Shown here in pieces: positions 7,850 to 17,514 of a DNA stretch of 64,000 nt; positions within the stretch are counted from its first letter, which is position 1, and every line of letters begins with the position of its first letter. Made by a program: the position numbers and the translations under genes. Under the pieces are notes generated by a model, which saw only the letters and a list, made by a program, of their open reading frames with translations, had not been told where the DNA came from and made no database searches. The stretch comes from a virus (lineage: Duplodnaviria > Caudoviricetes): IMG/VR virus record IMGVR_UViG_651703099_000001, positions 8,333-72,332 of that record. One strand, given 5' to 3'.

Positions 7850-10120
7850 GTGGGATATCTTAACAACAATACTCGCGTCTCTTCAGTCAGAATCAACGGA
7901 GTCAATCAGACCAATTACCTGGTTCAATTTACTTGCAGCGACGCATCGGCCAATAAGAATGGCCTGGTCTCAACCGTTGGCCAGGTCCGCCTTGCCGGGT
8001 ACGGAGAGTCCCCCTCGATGGAGGATTACGACCGCGATAATTTCCGCCGTGGTCAACAGGTAATCATCGAGATCACACTGCCAAGCGGCAGCATCGTCAG
8101 ACACCCCCGTGGGCTTCTGTACGTGCTTTCAACCTCGTATGAGCCCGAGGCTGATGAACTGGTGGTGGAAGTGGGTTGCAGGCTCGCCCTGGCGGCTCTC
8201 ACGGAGGATGTGAGTGAGATCCTTTCTCTGGTTCCAGTCCCTCTTGATCCCGCCCAGCAGACGTACCAAAACATCTCTGCCAGCTTCGCAGCAGCAGGCA
8301 AATATCTATTCCAGGACAACCAGGGCAACCTGGTCGAAAACTATTTCTTTGGTACTGATTCAACAAACTCCATCGAGCCTGGTGAATGGGTCTCTGTCTA
8401 TGGCGTCACCACCCAGGCTGCTCAGCCACTTGCGGGAACCTCGCCGATTCCAGACCAGATTGAGCTTTCTTATCAAGTCCCGTCCGATGCACTAACCAGT
8501 AATCAAAGCGGCAAAGTCGAGATCACCGAGACTGAGTCACGGTATTTTTTGAGCTATCCTGCGACCATGTTTGTCAGGAAGCCAATCGAAAACGGACCTA
8601 AGCCGCCTGATCCATCACCTACTCGGAATGCCGGAGGAGGTGGCTGTGGAAATTCGCCGGATATCCCCGATACAGGACTTCCCGCCAGCGGTCCCTCCTC
8701 TTCGCCCACTCCTGGAGGCGGGCAAATTAACTCCTGCTCGGAGGGATACGAGACCAAGCAGCAAACTACCTACGTTCCAGCATACAGACAAGAAACTCAA
8801 CGCACAGAGTACACAGGCCCAGGTGGTCAGGTTGGTCGCGTCTATAGCGAAGTTCGCGGGCCGGCCTATGAAGTCAACGGCCAATACTATGCCGACAAGA
8901 TGGCGTTCTGTCGCGCTTCTCGTGGTACTGCATGCAACCCAAACGGCGGCTGCAGCATGGATGGGCTTGGCAACATTCTCCAGAGCTATAGTGAGCAGCT
9001 AAATTACTACGGAAGCGCCAATGAGCTAATCAAGACAGTAACCGATAATTACGAGACGACTTTGTCTGGTGCCGTTCCTTCCGATTATCGCTCTGGCGAG
9101 GTCAATGGAGAAGGTACTACCTGGAGAGACCTTTCGACAAGCGACATGTACCGAGTGTCTCGCGTCGAGGTTGTCTACAACTACAAGAAGAATCAGACAA
9201 TTCAGGACACCTATACCTGGACCAGTAGTACATCCAGAGGCTCTGGCATTCGCGCTGCAAGTATTGACGCTCTAAGTGGAATCAAGACAAGTCAGCGCCG
9301 CATCTCGACTACTATTACGGCTAATCCAATCAGTCCAGATATCGTAAACACCGTTACCACAAGTACAACAGAACGATCTACAAAAATCCTTTTGAGCGAT
9401 CAGTATATTACGCCGCCAGGAGTTGCTGGTCCGTATGTGCTAAAAGAACAGGTGCCAGTCCCCGTATTGTTTAACGACGAAACCCAGATCAAAGCAATCG
9501 TTGACTCGTATAGTTCGTATTTGAATCGTTTCGTAAGGGGCGATGCGTATGGCATCTCTTTGACGGAATCTATGCGAGAAGAGATTGTCTCTAACTGGCG
9601 TCCAGGGATGCCGTTCCGTTATCACGATCCAAGAAGTAATCGTATCCTTGCCATGCGCATGGACGCCTGCGCCTGGGGTCTTGATGCAGAGAACGCGGTA
9701 GTAGCAACAAATGGAATCTGGGTAGGCTTCTCAAATGGCACTATGAGCGTACCCAGTAACCTTGTTGGCAACTCCAGGCCAAACATGGGCAGCGGCGGCG
9801 GGCCTGCTCCTGGTGCGGGAACTCCTCCGTCCGTAAACAACGAAACCGCTGTAAACTCTGGCAATTACGCCTGGGATGTCAACGTCGACATTGGCCTGTC
9901 TTTGGATATGGCGTTTTGGGGCGAGACTGGTGTTCACCCCATCCTGCCGACGGACACCAATTACGAATTCTCTTCGACGCTTACGGTGTGGTGTGCTGGG
10001 CTCATCGTTAATGCTGGATTCTTGGTCGACACGGATGGTAATGGCGGCATCCCGCTCGAGTACGGTGGCAACTTGGTCATTAACGGTGCTACCATTATCG
10101 ATGGAGACGTATTCGCTTAA
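7850..10120 (+). CDS. tail tip/baseplate hub protein
   Basis: 756 aa beta-rich ORF in the hub position. Confidence 0.6.
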   Translation: MGYLNNNTRVSSVRINGVNQTNYLVQFTCSDASANKNGLVSTVGQVRLAGYGESPSMEDYDRDNFRRGQQVIIEITLPSGSIVRHPRGLLYVLSTSYEPEADELVVEVGCRLALAALTEDVSEILSLVPVPLDPAQQTYQNISASFAAAGKYLFQDNQGNLVENYFFGTDSTNSIEPGEWVSVYGVTTQAAQPLAGTSPIPDQIELSYQVPSDALTSNQSGKVEITETESRYFLSYPATMFVRKPIENGPKPPDPSPTRNAGGGGCGNSPDIPDTGLPASGPSSSPTPGGGQINSCSEGYETKQQTTYVPAYRQETQRTEYTGPGGQVGRVYSEVRGPAYEVNGQYYADKMAFCRASRGTACNPNGGCSMDGLGNILQSYSEQLNYYGSANELIKTVTDNYETTLSGAVPSDYRSGEVNGEGTTWRDLSTSDMYRVSRVEVVYNYKKNQTIQDTYTWTSSTSRGSGIRAASIDALSGIKTSQRRISTTITANPISPDIVNTVTTSTTERSTKILLSDQYITPPGVAGPYVLKEQVPVPVLFNDETQIKAIVDSYSSYLNRFVRGDAYGISLTESMREEIVSNWRPGMPFRYHDPRSNRILAMRMDACAWGLDAENAVVATNGIWVGFSNGTMSVPSNLVGNSRPNMGSGGGPAPGAGTPPSVNNETAVNSGNYAWDVNVDIGLSLDMAFWGETGVHPILPTDTNYEFSSTLTVWCAGLIVNAGFLVDTDGNGGIPLEYGGNLVINGATIIDGDVFA

Positions 10121-10122
10121 TA

Positions 10123-10132
10123 GGAATCCTAC
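10123..10132 (+). promoter_or_regulatory. putative late promoter GGAATCCTAC
   Basis: Recurrent motif 20 nt before ATG 10153. Confidence 0.6.
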
Positions 10133-10152
10133 GACGATTCTGATAACCTGAA

Positions 10153-10881
10153 ATGACGATCGCCGCAAAGATCTCGCCAGCCGAGCTTGTCGCCCAGGTG
10201 ACGAATCGTTATGTTGATCAGTATTACGAGGGCCGGCTTATCAACGCCCCTGGTACCGCCTACCAGCCTGGCGTTACTGACGACTCTACTTTTTTGGCAA
10301 ATGAAGTTGTTGCAGGTACCGGTGGCTACCAGCGTCAGGTTATCAAGTATATTGGCACTGACGTTGGCAACTACGCCGATGATGGCATTGCTCTTGCTAC
10401 CAAGGCGACTATATTTGCTCATGATGGAGGCGCCACTGCACTTCAGTTCTCCCATGTGGCGCTAGTAAAAGGCAACGGCAACGTCCAGACCCTTGGCGCT
10501 GTCACGGGAAAACCCACTGCTGGCGTCAATGGCACCTACACAAACATTCCAGTTACCACGGGCGGATCTGGGACTGGTTTAACGGTCGACCTAACCGTGG
10601 CCAATCTTGGAGCCGCAACTGGCGATTGGACTCTGACTATTGTCAAACCTGGCACTGGATACGTCGCTGCGGACGGACTTCAAATCGCGGAATCTGTGCT
10701 AGAAAGCCTTGGAGCTGTTGCCGCTGGCGCAGGCAACCTGACCTTCTCGGTAGGTACGGCAACGACTGGCGGTGGCGCTCTCCTTGCTGTTGCACAGACA
10801 GCTAACACAGTTTCTCTTACCGCTGGCAACGAAGCAGCTTTCTACTGGAATCTAAAGCAGTACGGTTACTTCTCTATTTGA
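10153..10881 (+). CDS. minor tail/baseplate protein with an inserted Gly/Thr beta domain
   Basis: NEVVAGTGGYQRQ motif; position in the tail tip cluster. Confidence 0.6.
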   Translation: MTIAAKISPAELVAQVTNRYVDQYYEGRLINAPGTAYQPGVTDDSTFLANEVVAGTGGYQRQVIKYIGTDVGNYADDGIALATKATIFAHDGGATALQFSHVALVKGNGNVQTLGAVTGKPTAGVNGTYTNIPVTTGGSGTGLTVDLTVANLGAATGDWTLTIVKPGTGYVAADGLQIAESVLESLGAVAAGAGNLTFSVGTATTGGGALLAVAQTANTVSLTAGNEAAFYWNLKQYGYFSI

Positions 10882-10883
10882 TC

Positions 10884-11147
10884 ATGGCGCTCCTTGATGA
10901 TGTTTTGCAAATCCAGGCTGCTGACAGAGTGGCTGACGTAGAGCGTCGGTCTACCCAGAAGGGCGTTAAGGGAGATTTCGAGGGAAGCGTGACTGGGTAC
11001 TGGGTCAGACTCAGGGAAGATGGAGCCGGAATCGTAAGTTACAACAACAAGCAGTACGTTACCAAGCCCATTGGGTTTACTTCTTTGCCCGCTGGTCAGG
11101 CGGTTGAACTTAGCCATGCAAATGGCGTCTACTACTCTTCCTGGTAA
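10884..11147 (+). CDS. small tail tip protein
   Basis: Coupled ORF with a beta-barrel-like pattern. Confidence 0.5.
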   Translation: MALLDDVLQIQAADRVADVERRSTQKGVKGDFEGSVTGYWVRLREDGAGIVSYNNKQYVTKPIGFTSLPAGQAVELSHANGVYYSSW

Positions 11148-11149
11148 CC

Positions 11150-11362
11150 ATGGCTATTAGTCCTTCTCATTTTAGCGCGGCATCAGTCAAGGACAACAAA
11201 GATGTTGTAATCGAAATGCTTGCCTCGAGGCCGACGGTTGACGGAATCTTTTCACCAGCGAGAACCCCTGGGCTGCTTTGTGGTTACTACAACGCAACTG
11301 GAGACTATGTAGAGCTATACATGGTTGCAGCTAGTGGAATTCGATTCTTGAGGATTGGCTGA
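11150..11362 (+). CDS. small virion protein
   Basis: Tightly packed ORF in the tail operon. Confidence 0.55.
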   Translation: MAISPSHFSAASVKDNKDVVIEMLASRPTVDGIFSPARTPGLLCGYYNATGDYVELYMVAASGIRFLRIG

Positions 11363-11676
11363 TGGCAATAGAAAGTAATCGCCTAGCGGTTCAGGCTACA
11401 CTAAAAAGGTCGCAGACTGCGGTATATTTGCCACTATATCTCTTCAACGAGACCCTTCAGCGATACGAAAAATACAACGAAGATACTCAACAATGGGACA
11501 CAGTTGCTTCCCTCGGAAGTGGAGTGGATGGTCAAATTATACTGTTTCAACCGTCCAGTAATGCTTTGCACGTTCTGAAGGTTTGGTTCAACGGCGACTG
11601 GAGAGAAACCAAAATAGCCGCCGTGTTTATCAATCCAGATACTGGCAAGCCATGGAACCCGCTGCAGAATTTCTAG
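11362..11676 (+). CDS. small virion protein
   Basis: TGATG overlap with the previous gene. Confidence 0.55.
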   Translation: MAIESNRLAVQATLKRSQTAVYLPLYLFNETLQRYEKYNEDTQQWDTVASLGSGVDGQIILFQPSSNALHVLKVWFNGDWRETKIAAVFINPDTGKPWNPLQNF

Positions 11677-11679
11677 GCT

Positions 11680-11689
11680 GGCATCCTAT
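11680..11689 (+). promoter_or_regulatory. putative late promoter GGCATCCTAT
   Basis: Recurrent motif 17 nt before ATG 11707. Confidence 0.65.
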
Positions 11690-11706
11690 TCCAGCTAGGT
11701 GCTACC

Positions 11707-13209
11707 ATGGGCTGGTCGTTAAACAACTGGGGGTCGTCAAGGGTTGAGGCGGCTAGTGAGTTTTTAAGGACTGGTGTTGTTGGCACGTCTTTTGGCGGAA
11801 CTGGCTGCTTTGGTAGCAATCAGTGCGCTGTTGGTTACGCCTGTATCGGTGGGCGTTGCGTAAAAACGGACGAAGCTGGCGGAGGAAGCGGCGGATCATA
11901 CAGCGGCAGTAGCAATGGCGCTGGGGGCTACTATCCCGGTGGCAGTTGCGGCTCGGGAACAGACGGTGGTGTCTCTGGTGATGGCTCTATTGGTACGGGA
12001 TCTTGCGCAAGTTCCTCTAGTAGCAGCGGCGGCCCTGTAGGATGCACTGTTCCTACATGTGGAGAGGGCAGCAACGGCTACGGTGGGTTTGACAGCGACT
12101 GTTGTGGTACAAGGTGCTGCAGGTATCAGGCCGGTGTTGGCGGGTACCCAACCGTCAACTGTTATTGTGGCGACTGTCCTGGACTAACTGGTGAACGGTG
12201 CTCGAGCGACACTGATTGCCTTTCGGGAGTGTGCATCAACGGCCGATGCGCTGATCCCAAGAAGTGTGTATCATTTTGCTACGAATACTACGAGGCAAAT
12301 GGCAGCTTTGCCGCTGGCTGTAATAGTAACGACGTTTGCGACGAGTGTACGGAGTGTGGAGGCACCTCTGCTGGTGGCGACTACTGCACTCAGAAAGCCG
12401 ACGCGCCGCCGTGCCATTGCGATCCAGATTCCGTTGGCGATTGTGATCTATGCGCGAACGACGGAAGTGTTATTCCTGGCGTATGCCTGGAGTGCGCTGA
12501 AGTCACAAACCAGCTCTGTACGTGTGGACTTGTAGCAAGCGCTAGGGTATGTGTCGAACAGGGGTCTAGCGGACTGTCTGTTGTCAATCTTGCTCAGGAT
12601 GCGGCCAATCAGGCCTGCTTGGACGCATGCAGCGGCCCGACATCTCCCCCTGACAAATGCGCACCCTATTGTGTCAGTAAAACGGTCTGCTCGGATGGTG
12701 GCTGTCCAGAAAACCCAGAAGATGGTGTTCCTGCGAATGAGGACGGTAAGGTAAACACTTGGAGTGGTTGCATTGAGGCGGATGGTCAAGCTTGCACTTT
12801 GTACTACGAGTGTGATTACTCCATGCTGCCAGACGAATGCAAGGCTTGCGACTGCAACTGTCACAACGACTGCCCTTCCTGCCAGCTATGCGGGGCGGAC
12901 GGAAAGTGCTATACAGACCCAGCTTGCGAGTTAAACTGCTGTAGCGAGGCAGATGTAGCAGCGGGCTATATATGCTCGCCTTTTGCCGATTACGTTATCA
13001 AGAATACATCCAACGGCTCGACCATAATAAGCTATAGAACCAATGGCTCAATCAGCTTTGAACCAAACTCAAATGGCTTTATGTATTATTCTTATACCAA
13101 CACATGTGGTGTGTATCAGTCCGGGTCAACCGGCGTTGGCGTTGACATCTGGGACAATTACACCGTAGAAGAAGTGAGTCGTAACATTAGCTGTTTCAAC
13201 TGCAGCTAG
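11707..13209 (+). CDS. very cysteine-rich virion-associated protein
   Basis: About 59 Cys in 500 aa by hand count, with C-x5-C-x4/5-C-x4-C modules; no signal peptide. Confidence 0.75.
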   Translation: MGWSLNNWGSSRVEAASEFLRTGVVGTSFGGTGCFGSNQCAVGYACIGGRCVKTDEAGGGSGGSYSGSSNGAGGYYPGGSCGSGTDGGVSGDGSIGTGSCASSSSSSGGPVGCTVPTCGEGSNGYGGFDSDCCGTRCCRYQAGVGGYPTVNCYCGDCPGLTGERCSSDTDCLSGVCINGRCADPKKCVSFCYEYYEANGSFAAGCNSNDVCDECTECGGTSAGGDYCTQKADAPPCHCDPDSVGDCDLCANDGSVIPGVCLECAEVTNQLCTCGLVASARVCVEQGSSGLSVVNLAQDAANQACLDACSGPTSPPDKCAPYCVSKTVCSDGGCPENPEDGVPANEDGKVNTWSGCIEADGQACTLYYECDYSMLPDECKACDCNCHNDCPSCQLCGADGKCYTDPACELNCCSEADVAAGYICSPFADYVIKNTSNGSTIISYRTNGSISFEPNSNGFMYYSYTNTCGVYQSGSTGVGVDIWDNYTVEEVSRNISCFNCS

Positions 13210-13218
13210 GCAACCTAG
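13209..13218 (+). promoter_or_regulatory. putative late promoter GGCAACCTAG
   Basis: Recurrent motif 18 nt before GTG 13237. Confidence 0.65.
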
Positions 13219-13236
13219 TCTAGCTTCTGTGCAGCC

Positions 13237-14649
13237 GTGGCGGTTTTTCCAGACAAAATAGTCCTAAAGAACTCCACGGACGCTCAGGCTACGATTGAAA
13301 GTCTAATCGGCTCTGGCGGAACGGACGAGATCGACCCTGGCGAACTGGTCGTTGGACGTGAGTCTGGTGCTGTAAAGCTTTATGCGGTTGACTCTGACGG
13401 CGCGATCCAGGTTATTAGCGGCGGCGGTGGGACGGGAGTTGGCTCAATAAATGATTTAAGCGACGTTGACACAGCTACCAATCCACCGTCTGTAAACCAG
13501 ATCCTCATCTGGGACGGGGCCAACTGGGTCCCGCAGGACATCGTATCCGAAGGCAGTATTGTAGAGCAGACTGGCAATCTGACAGCTTTTCCGCTTCATG
13601 GCATTGATGGTTTCTACGCTTCTCAGGCCGCACTGGAAGCGGATGGCTTTACCTATATCGCCAACAGCGCTAATGCAGATGATGTAGCCCTACCCTTCAG
13701 TCCTGGGAGTCAGTGGAATGGAATACAGTTCCTTCAGCACACCCCTACCAGTGCTAATTGGTTCATCAACACAAACGGCGGCGTTGGATTTGATCAGGGC
13801 AGCAATACGACCACCGGACGTGGCGGAAATGCCGTAAGCGATGCTGCTGTCATTGACCTCTACGTCTCGCTCTGGAGTCAAGACACTGAAACCCGCCTGG
13901 CTGGATATAAAACAATCCAGGAGGGTGCGCTTGACTGGCTTGTTGTTCGCATGGACCAAAAGGTTCCCTACAATAGCGAAACAAACGGATTTCCTGTCGA
14001 GGTTTGGTTCTCATCGGCTGGTACCATATCGGTCCGTTATGGCACTTCTGTTAACGGTGCAAGCTTTACAGTTGGAGCGACCAGGAATGCCATCATATCC
14101 AACGGAGGCGTTGTTCCCAGTACTTCTGCCCCGTACACTGGGCTAACGGGGAGCGGCGCCTATGGCATTTTGTATTCCTTCTCCCCTGGAACAGGTCTTC
14201 AGCTTGATTCACTTGGCGATGTAAGCGCTCCAGCCCCCACGAACGGGCAGGTGCTTACATGGGATAATGCGACTGGATTCTGGGTGCCTCAAACGCCAGC
14301 TCCTGGTGGCGTAACAAGTGTTGACGTTGCTGGCGGCACGGGTCTGACATCTTCTGGTGGCCCGGTCACAGCAAGCGGCACGATTACGATTGACCTAGAT
14401 GACACCGCTGTAACGCCTGGGTCTTACACCAACGCAAACATCACGGTCGACGCACAGGGTCGCATAACGGCCGCTGTTAACGGTTCCAGTGGCGAGTTTG
14501 GCCGTGGCGATGGTGGAGATCTGGACAGTGGCAGTGTTGCTAGTCCTTTTGCGTTTGGCGTGTACGGCGGTGGAGATCTGGATACTACCACTGAAGACAA
14601 ACCCGTTGAACTTGTGTCCTACAATGTAGACGGCGGAGAGATCACCTAG
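13237..14649 (+). CDS. tail fibre protein 1
   Basis: DLSDV..GQ.L.WDG.NWVP repeats, TAVTPGSYTNANITVDAQGRIT motif, C-terminal DGG motifs. Confidence 0.8.
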   Translation: MAVFPDKIVLKNSTDAQATIESLIGSGGTDEIDPGELVVGRESGAVKLYAVDSDGAIQVISGGGGTGVGSINDLSDVDTATNPPSVNQILIWDGANWVPQDIVSEGSIVEQTGNLTAFPLHGIDGFYASQAALEADGFTYIANSANADDVALPFSPGSQWNGIQFLQHTPTSANWFINTNGGVGFDQGSNTTTGRGGNAVSDAAVIDLYVSLWSQDTETRLAGYKTIQEGALDWLVVRMDQKVPYNSETNGFPVEVWFSSAGTISVRYGTSVNGASFTVGATRNAIISNGGVVPSTSAPYTGLTGSGAYGILYSFSPGTGLQLDSLGDVSAPAPTNGQVLTWDNATGFWVPQTPAPGGVTSVDVAGGTGLTSSGGPVTASGTITIDLDDTAVTPGSYTNANITVDAQGRITAAVNGSSGEFGRGDGGDLDSGSVASPFAFGVYGGGDLDTTTEDKPVELVSYNVDGGEIT

Positions 14650-14658
14650 GAATACTAG
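14649..14658 (+). promoter_or_regulatory. putative late promoter GGAATACTAG
   Basis: Recurrent motif 18 nt before GTG 14677. Confidence 0.7.
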
Positions 14659-14676
14659 CCTAGCTGATTTTGATCC

Positions 14677-16761
14677 GTGGCAGTACCTTCCAACCGCGTA
14701 CCAGTAAGAGTCGCCCGCGGCCTGAAGAGTGCGCTGACAGCGAATCTGGCGGATCTACTTGAGGGCGAACTTGTATACGCGAAGGACGAAGACAAGCTTT
14801 ACATGATAGAGGGCGGCACACTTGTCGCCATGGGTGCGGATTTGGCCGCGGCTTCTATCTTGGATCTGGGTGATGTCGAGCCGAACTCCCTGCCAGACGG
14901 CGCTCGCTACGCCCTTGGTGGTGTTCAATTCCCTGGGAATGGCCTATGGTACAGAAGTGGTAGCAGGATATCCTGGGGTGCTATTGACGCGGACAGTACT
15001 GACAGAACTTCTCAAATTACGGCAGCAAGTGGGTCCATCTTTTGGTCCACCGATGGTGCTACCTGGAATGAGATATTCTTTACTGGTTCCCCGCAAACGG
15101 TTGGTGATAGCTATTACATCGACATCACCTCTGGGAGCCTCCCGGCTTTAACGGGGGATTTGTATTTCTCCTTTTCGACTCCGGGAACACCGAGTCCTGC
15201 GCCGCTGGCTGACGGCGACTACTTGCGCTTTGATGGAACTGACTTTCGGCCTCAACAGCTTGCAACCGTAGCCGAGACGGGTGCATATTCCGATCTGTCT
15301 GGCACTCCCACCCTTGTCGAAAACATTGACGACCTGACCGATGTAGACACTAGCACTTCTGCTCCGACTACGGATCAAGTTCTGGCCTGGAACGGCACTA
15401 ACTGGGTGCCCTCTGACGTCAGCGCAGTTGGTGGCGGAGTTACTCGTATCCAAGATGCGACAGATTACGAGCCAAATACCACACCACCCGCTGGCACCAT
15501 TTACTATTTCTCCAAGGCTATCGCGAATTTTCCAGAGGATTGGACGTGCCCAGACCGAGGAACATATTCAACCGATCCCGGCGACGGAACGCAATATAAC
15601 TTAGCCCGCTACGATAGGGACGGCCGAGATACTCAGTCTGTTTTCCCCAGTAGTGGCTCTATCTGGTGGACTTTTGATCTGACCCAGCCTTGGACTCAGA
15701 TGACGTACACCGGCCTCGGCGCTCAGAGTATATGTACCGCCAATAGTAGGAAAGCCTACAACGGCACGGTCAATGGTTGGCCCCTAGATGGGTCGACAGA
15801 TAAGATACTCTACGTTGCTCTTAGCGACCTGGGCACTGGCATTCCTATCCCGCTGGCCGCTGGCGACTACCTGCGTTACGATGGCGGAGACTTCCGTCCA
15901 AAACAGCTAGCTACCGTTGCCGAAACTGGTGCATATTCCGACCTGTCTGGTGCCCCGACCCTTGGCACTGCAGCCGCTGCAGCCACTACCGACTTTGCTA
16001 CCGCAGCTCAGGGCACTCTAGCAGATAGCGCCGTCCAGCCCACGGATTCGATTGACACTCTTGCGGATGTCACAGTCACCACCCCATCCAACGGGGAAGC
16101 GCTTGTCTGGAACGGGTCGGCCTGGGTCAACAGCACTGTTAGCACTGTCGGCTCGATCGACGATCTGACCGATGTTGACACCACGACCTCTGCACCCACC
16201 AACGGCCAGGTCCTCGAGTGGAATGGTACCAACTGGGTTCCTGCAACTATTGCCGCTGGTGGTGTTACCAGCATCATTGCTGGCACTGGCATCTCTGTCG
16301 ACCAGGCCACTGGCGATGTGACGATTACGGCAACAGGTGGTGGTGTCTCTGGTATCGGCGTCGCTACTCGCGTTTCCGACAGCGGAACTGCCGCCTCCGG
16401 CGCACTGGCTCTGACCGGCCTCGGCTCTAGCGGCATGCTCCACACGCTGAGCACTGACCTGGATGCCTGGGTAGTCTTCTACGGCTCTGCAGCAGACCGC
16501 ACGGCCGACGCGGGCCGCGCATACAACACAGACCCCGCAGCGGGCTCAGGGGTCCTTGCAGAGGCTTATGTGACTACGGCTGGTGCCATCTTGTTCACGC
16601 CTGGTACTGGTTACATGAACAACGACACTACTGAGACTGCCGCCCTCTACCTTGCGGTGCGAGACCAGGCGGGTGCGGCTGTCAATGCAACTCTGACTGT
16701 TACCGCCTATGTCCAGGGTGGATATGATGGCGTCTCTGGCGGCACTTTTGGTAGCGGTTGA
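14677..16761 (+). CDS. tail fibre protein 2 (modular)
   Basis: N-terminal LLEGELVYAKDEDKLY domain, LATVAETGAYSDL repeats, two inserted variable domains. Confidence 0.85.
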   Translation: MAVPSNRVPVRVARGLKSALTANLADLLEGELVYAKDEDKLYMIEGGTLVAMGADLAAASILDLGDVEPNSLPDGARYALGGVQFPGNGLWYRSGSRISWGAIDADSTDRTSQITAASGSIFWSTDGATWNEIFFTGSPQTVGDSYYIDITSGSLPALTGDLYFSFSTPGTPSPAPLADGDYLRFDGTDFRPQQLATVAETGAYSDLSGTPTLVENIDDLTDVDTSTSAPTTDQVLAWNGTNWVPSDVSAVGGGVTRIQDATDYEPNTTPPAGTIYYFSKAIANFPEDWTCPDRGTYSTDPGDGTQYNLARYDRDGRDTQSVFPSSGSIWWTFDLTQPWTQMTYTGLGAQSICTANSRKAYNGTVNGWPLDGSTDKILYVALSDLGTGIPIPLAAGDYLRYDGGDFRPKQLATVAETGAYSDLSGAPTLGTAAAAATTDFATAAQGTLADSAVQPTDSIDTLADVTVTTPSNGEALVWNGSAWVNSTVSTVGSIDDLTDVDTTTSAPTNGQVLEWNGTNWVPATIAAGGVTSIIAGTGISVDQATGDVTITATGGGVSGIGVATRVSDSGTAASGALALTGLGSSGMLHTLSTDLDAWVVFYGSAADRTADAGRAYNTDPAAGSGVLAEAYVTTAGAILFTPGTGYMNNDTTETAALYLAVRDQAGAAVNATLTVTAYVQGGYDGVSGGTFGSG

Positions 16762-17514
16762 TCGGAATACTAGCCAAGACGATTCTTAGTTGAAATGGCT
16801 GACCTCACTGCTCGTATTAAGCCGAAGAAGAGCAGCACGACTGGTGAGGTGCCCCAGGCTTCGGATCTGGAAGTTGCAGAACTTGCTGTAAACACTGCAG
16901 ACGGCAAGCTGTTTGTTAAGCACACCGATAATTCGATCAAGGAGATCAGTGGTGGCGTTGACAGTGTTAATGGTGAAATAGGCGTCGTGTCCCTTGGTGT
17001 CGTGGACATGAACGACTATTCTCCTCGTTATGTGTCTGCAGATCCAGCCTGGTTAATGAGTACAACTTTCACTAACAGTACACAATTTACTGGTGACGGG
17101 CAAGGCTTCCTTACGGGAGGTGGTACTGTTTACGTGTATCTCAGAAAAGTAGACGCCGACGGTATTGACAGAACCTCTCAACTCATGGGGCTTCAGATCG
17201 GCGATAGCCTCACTTTCTCTTGGAACGGTGGGGCCAATACTAACGTCAAAGACGTTTTCGGAGAAGCGCCTACAGAGTATACTGATTTTGTAAGAATTAG
17301 GGTCAATAACTCTACGGAAAGTTGGAGCGATAATCAGCGGGTTGAGATTAGCGGCGGCACTTTATCGGCAACACCTACCGAGGTCCCGAAAGCTACTGGG
17401 GATTTGTTGACCTGGAATAGCGTCACAAGCAAATTTGAGCCAACGCCAAAGCTGCTAGCCACGGTAGCCACGACTGGCGCATATTCTGATCTGTCTGGTA
17501 CACCCACTCTTGTC
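15259..17514 (+). repeat. dispersed ~55-60 bp repeats encoding LATVA(E/T)TGAYSDLSG(T/A)PTL (about 15259, 15907, 17455)
   Basis: Near-identical DNA GCATATTC(C/T)GA(T/C)CTGTCTGG in three places across two fibre genes; 16961-17015 also resembles 17633-17690. Confidence 0.8.
16764..16773 (+). promoter_or_regulatory. putative late promoter GGAATACTAG
   Basis: Identical to the 14649 motif, 21 nt before ATG 16795. Confidence 0.7.
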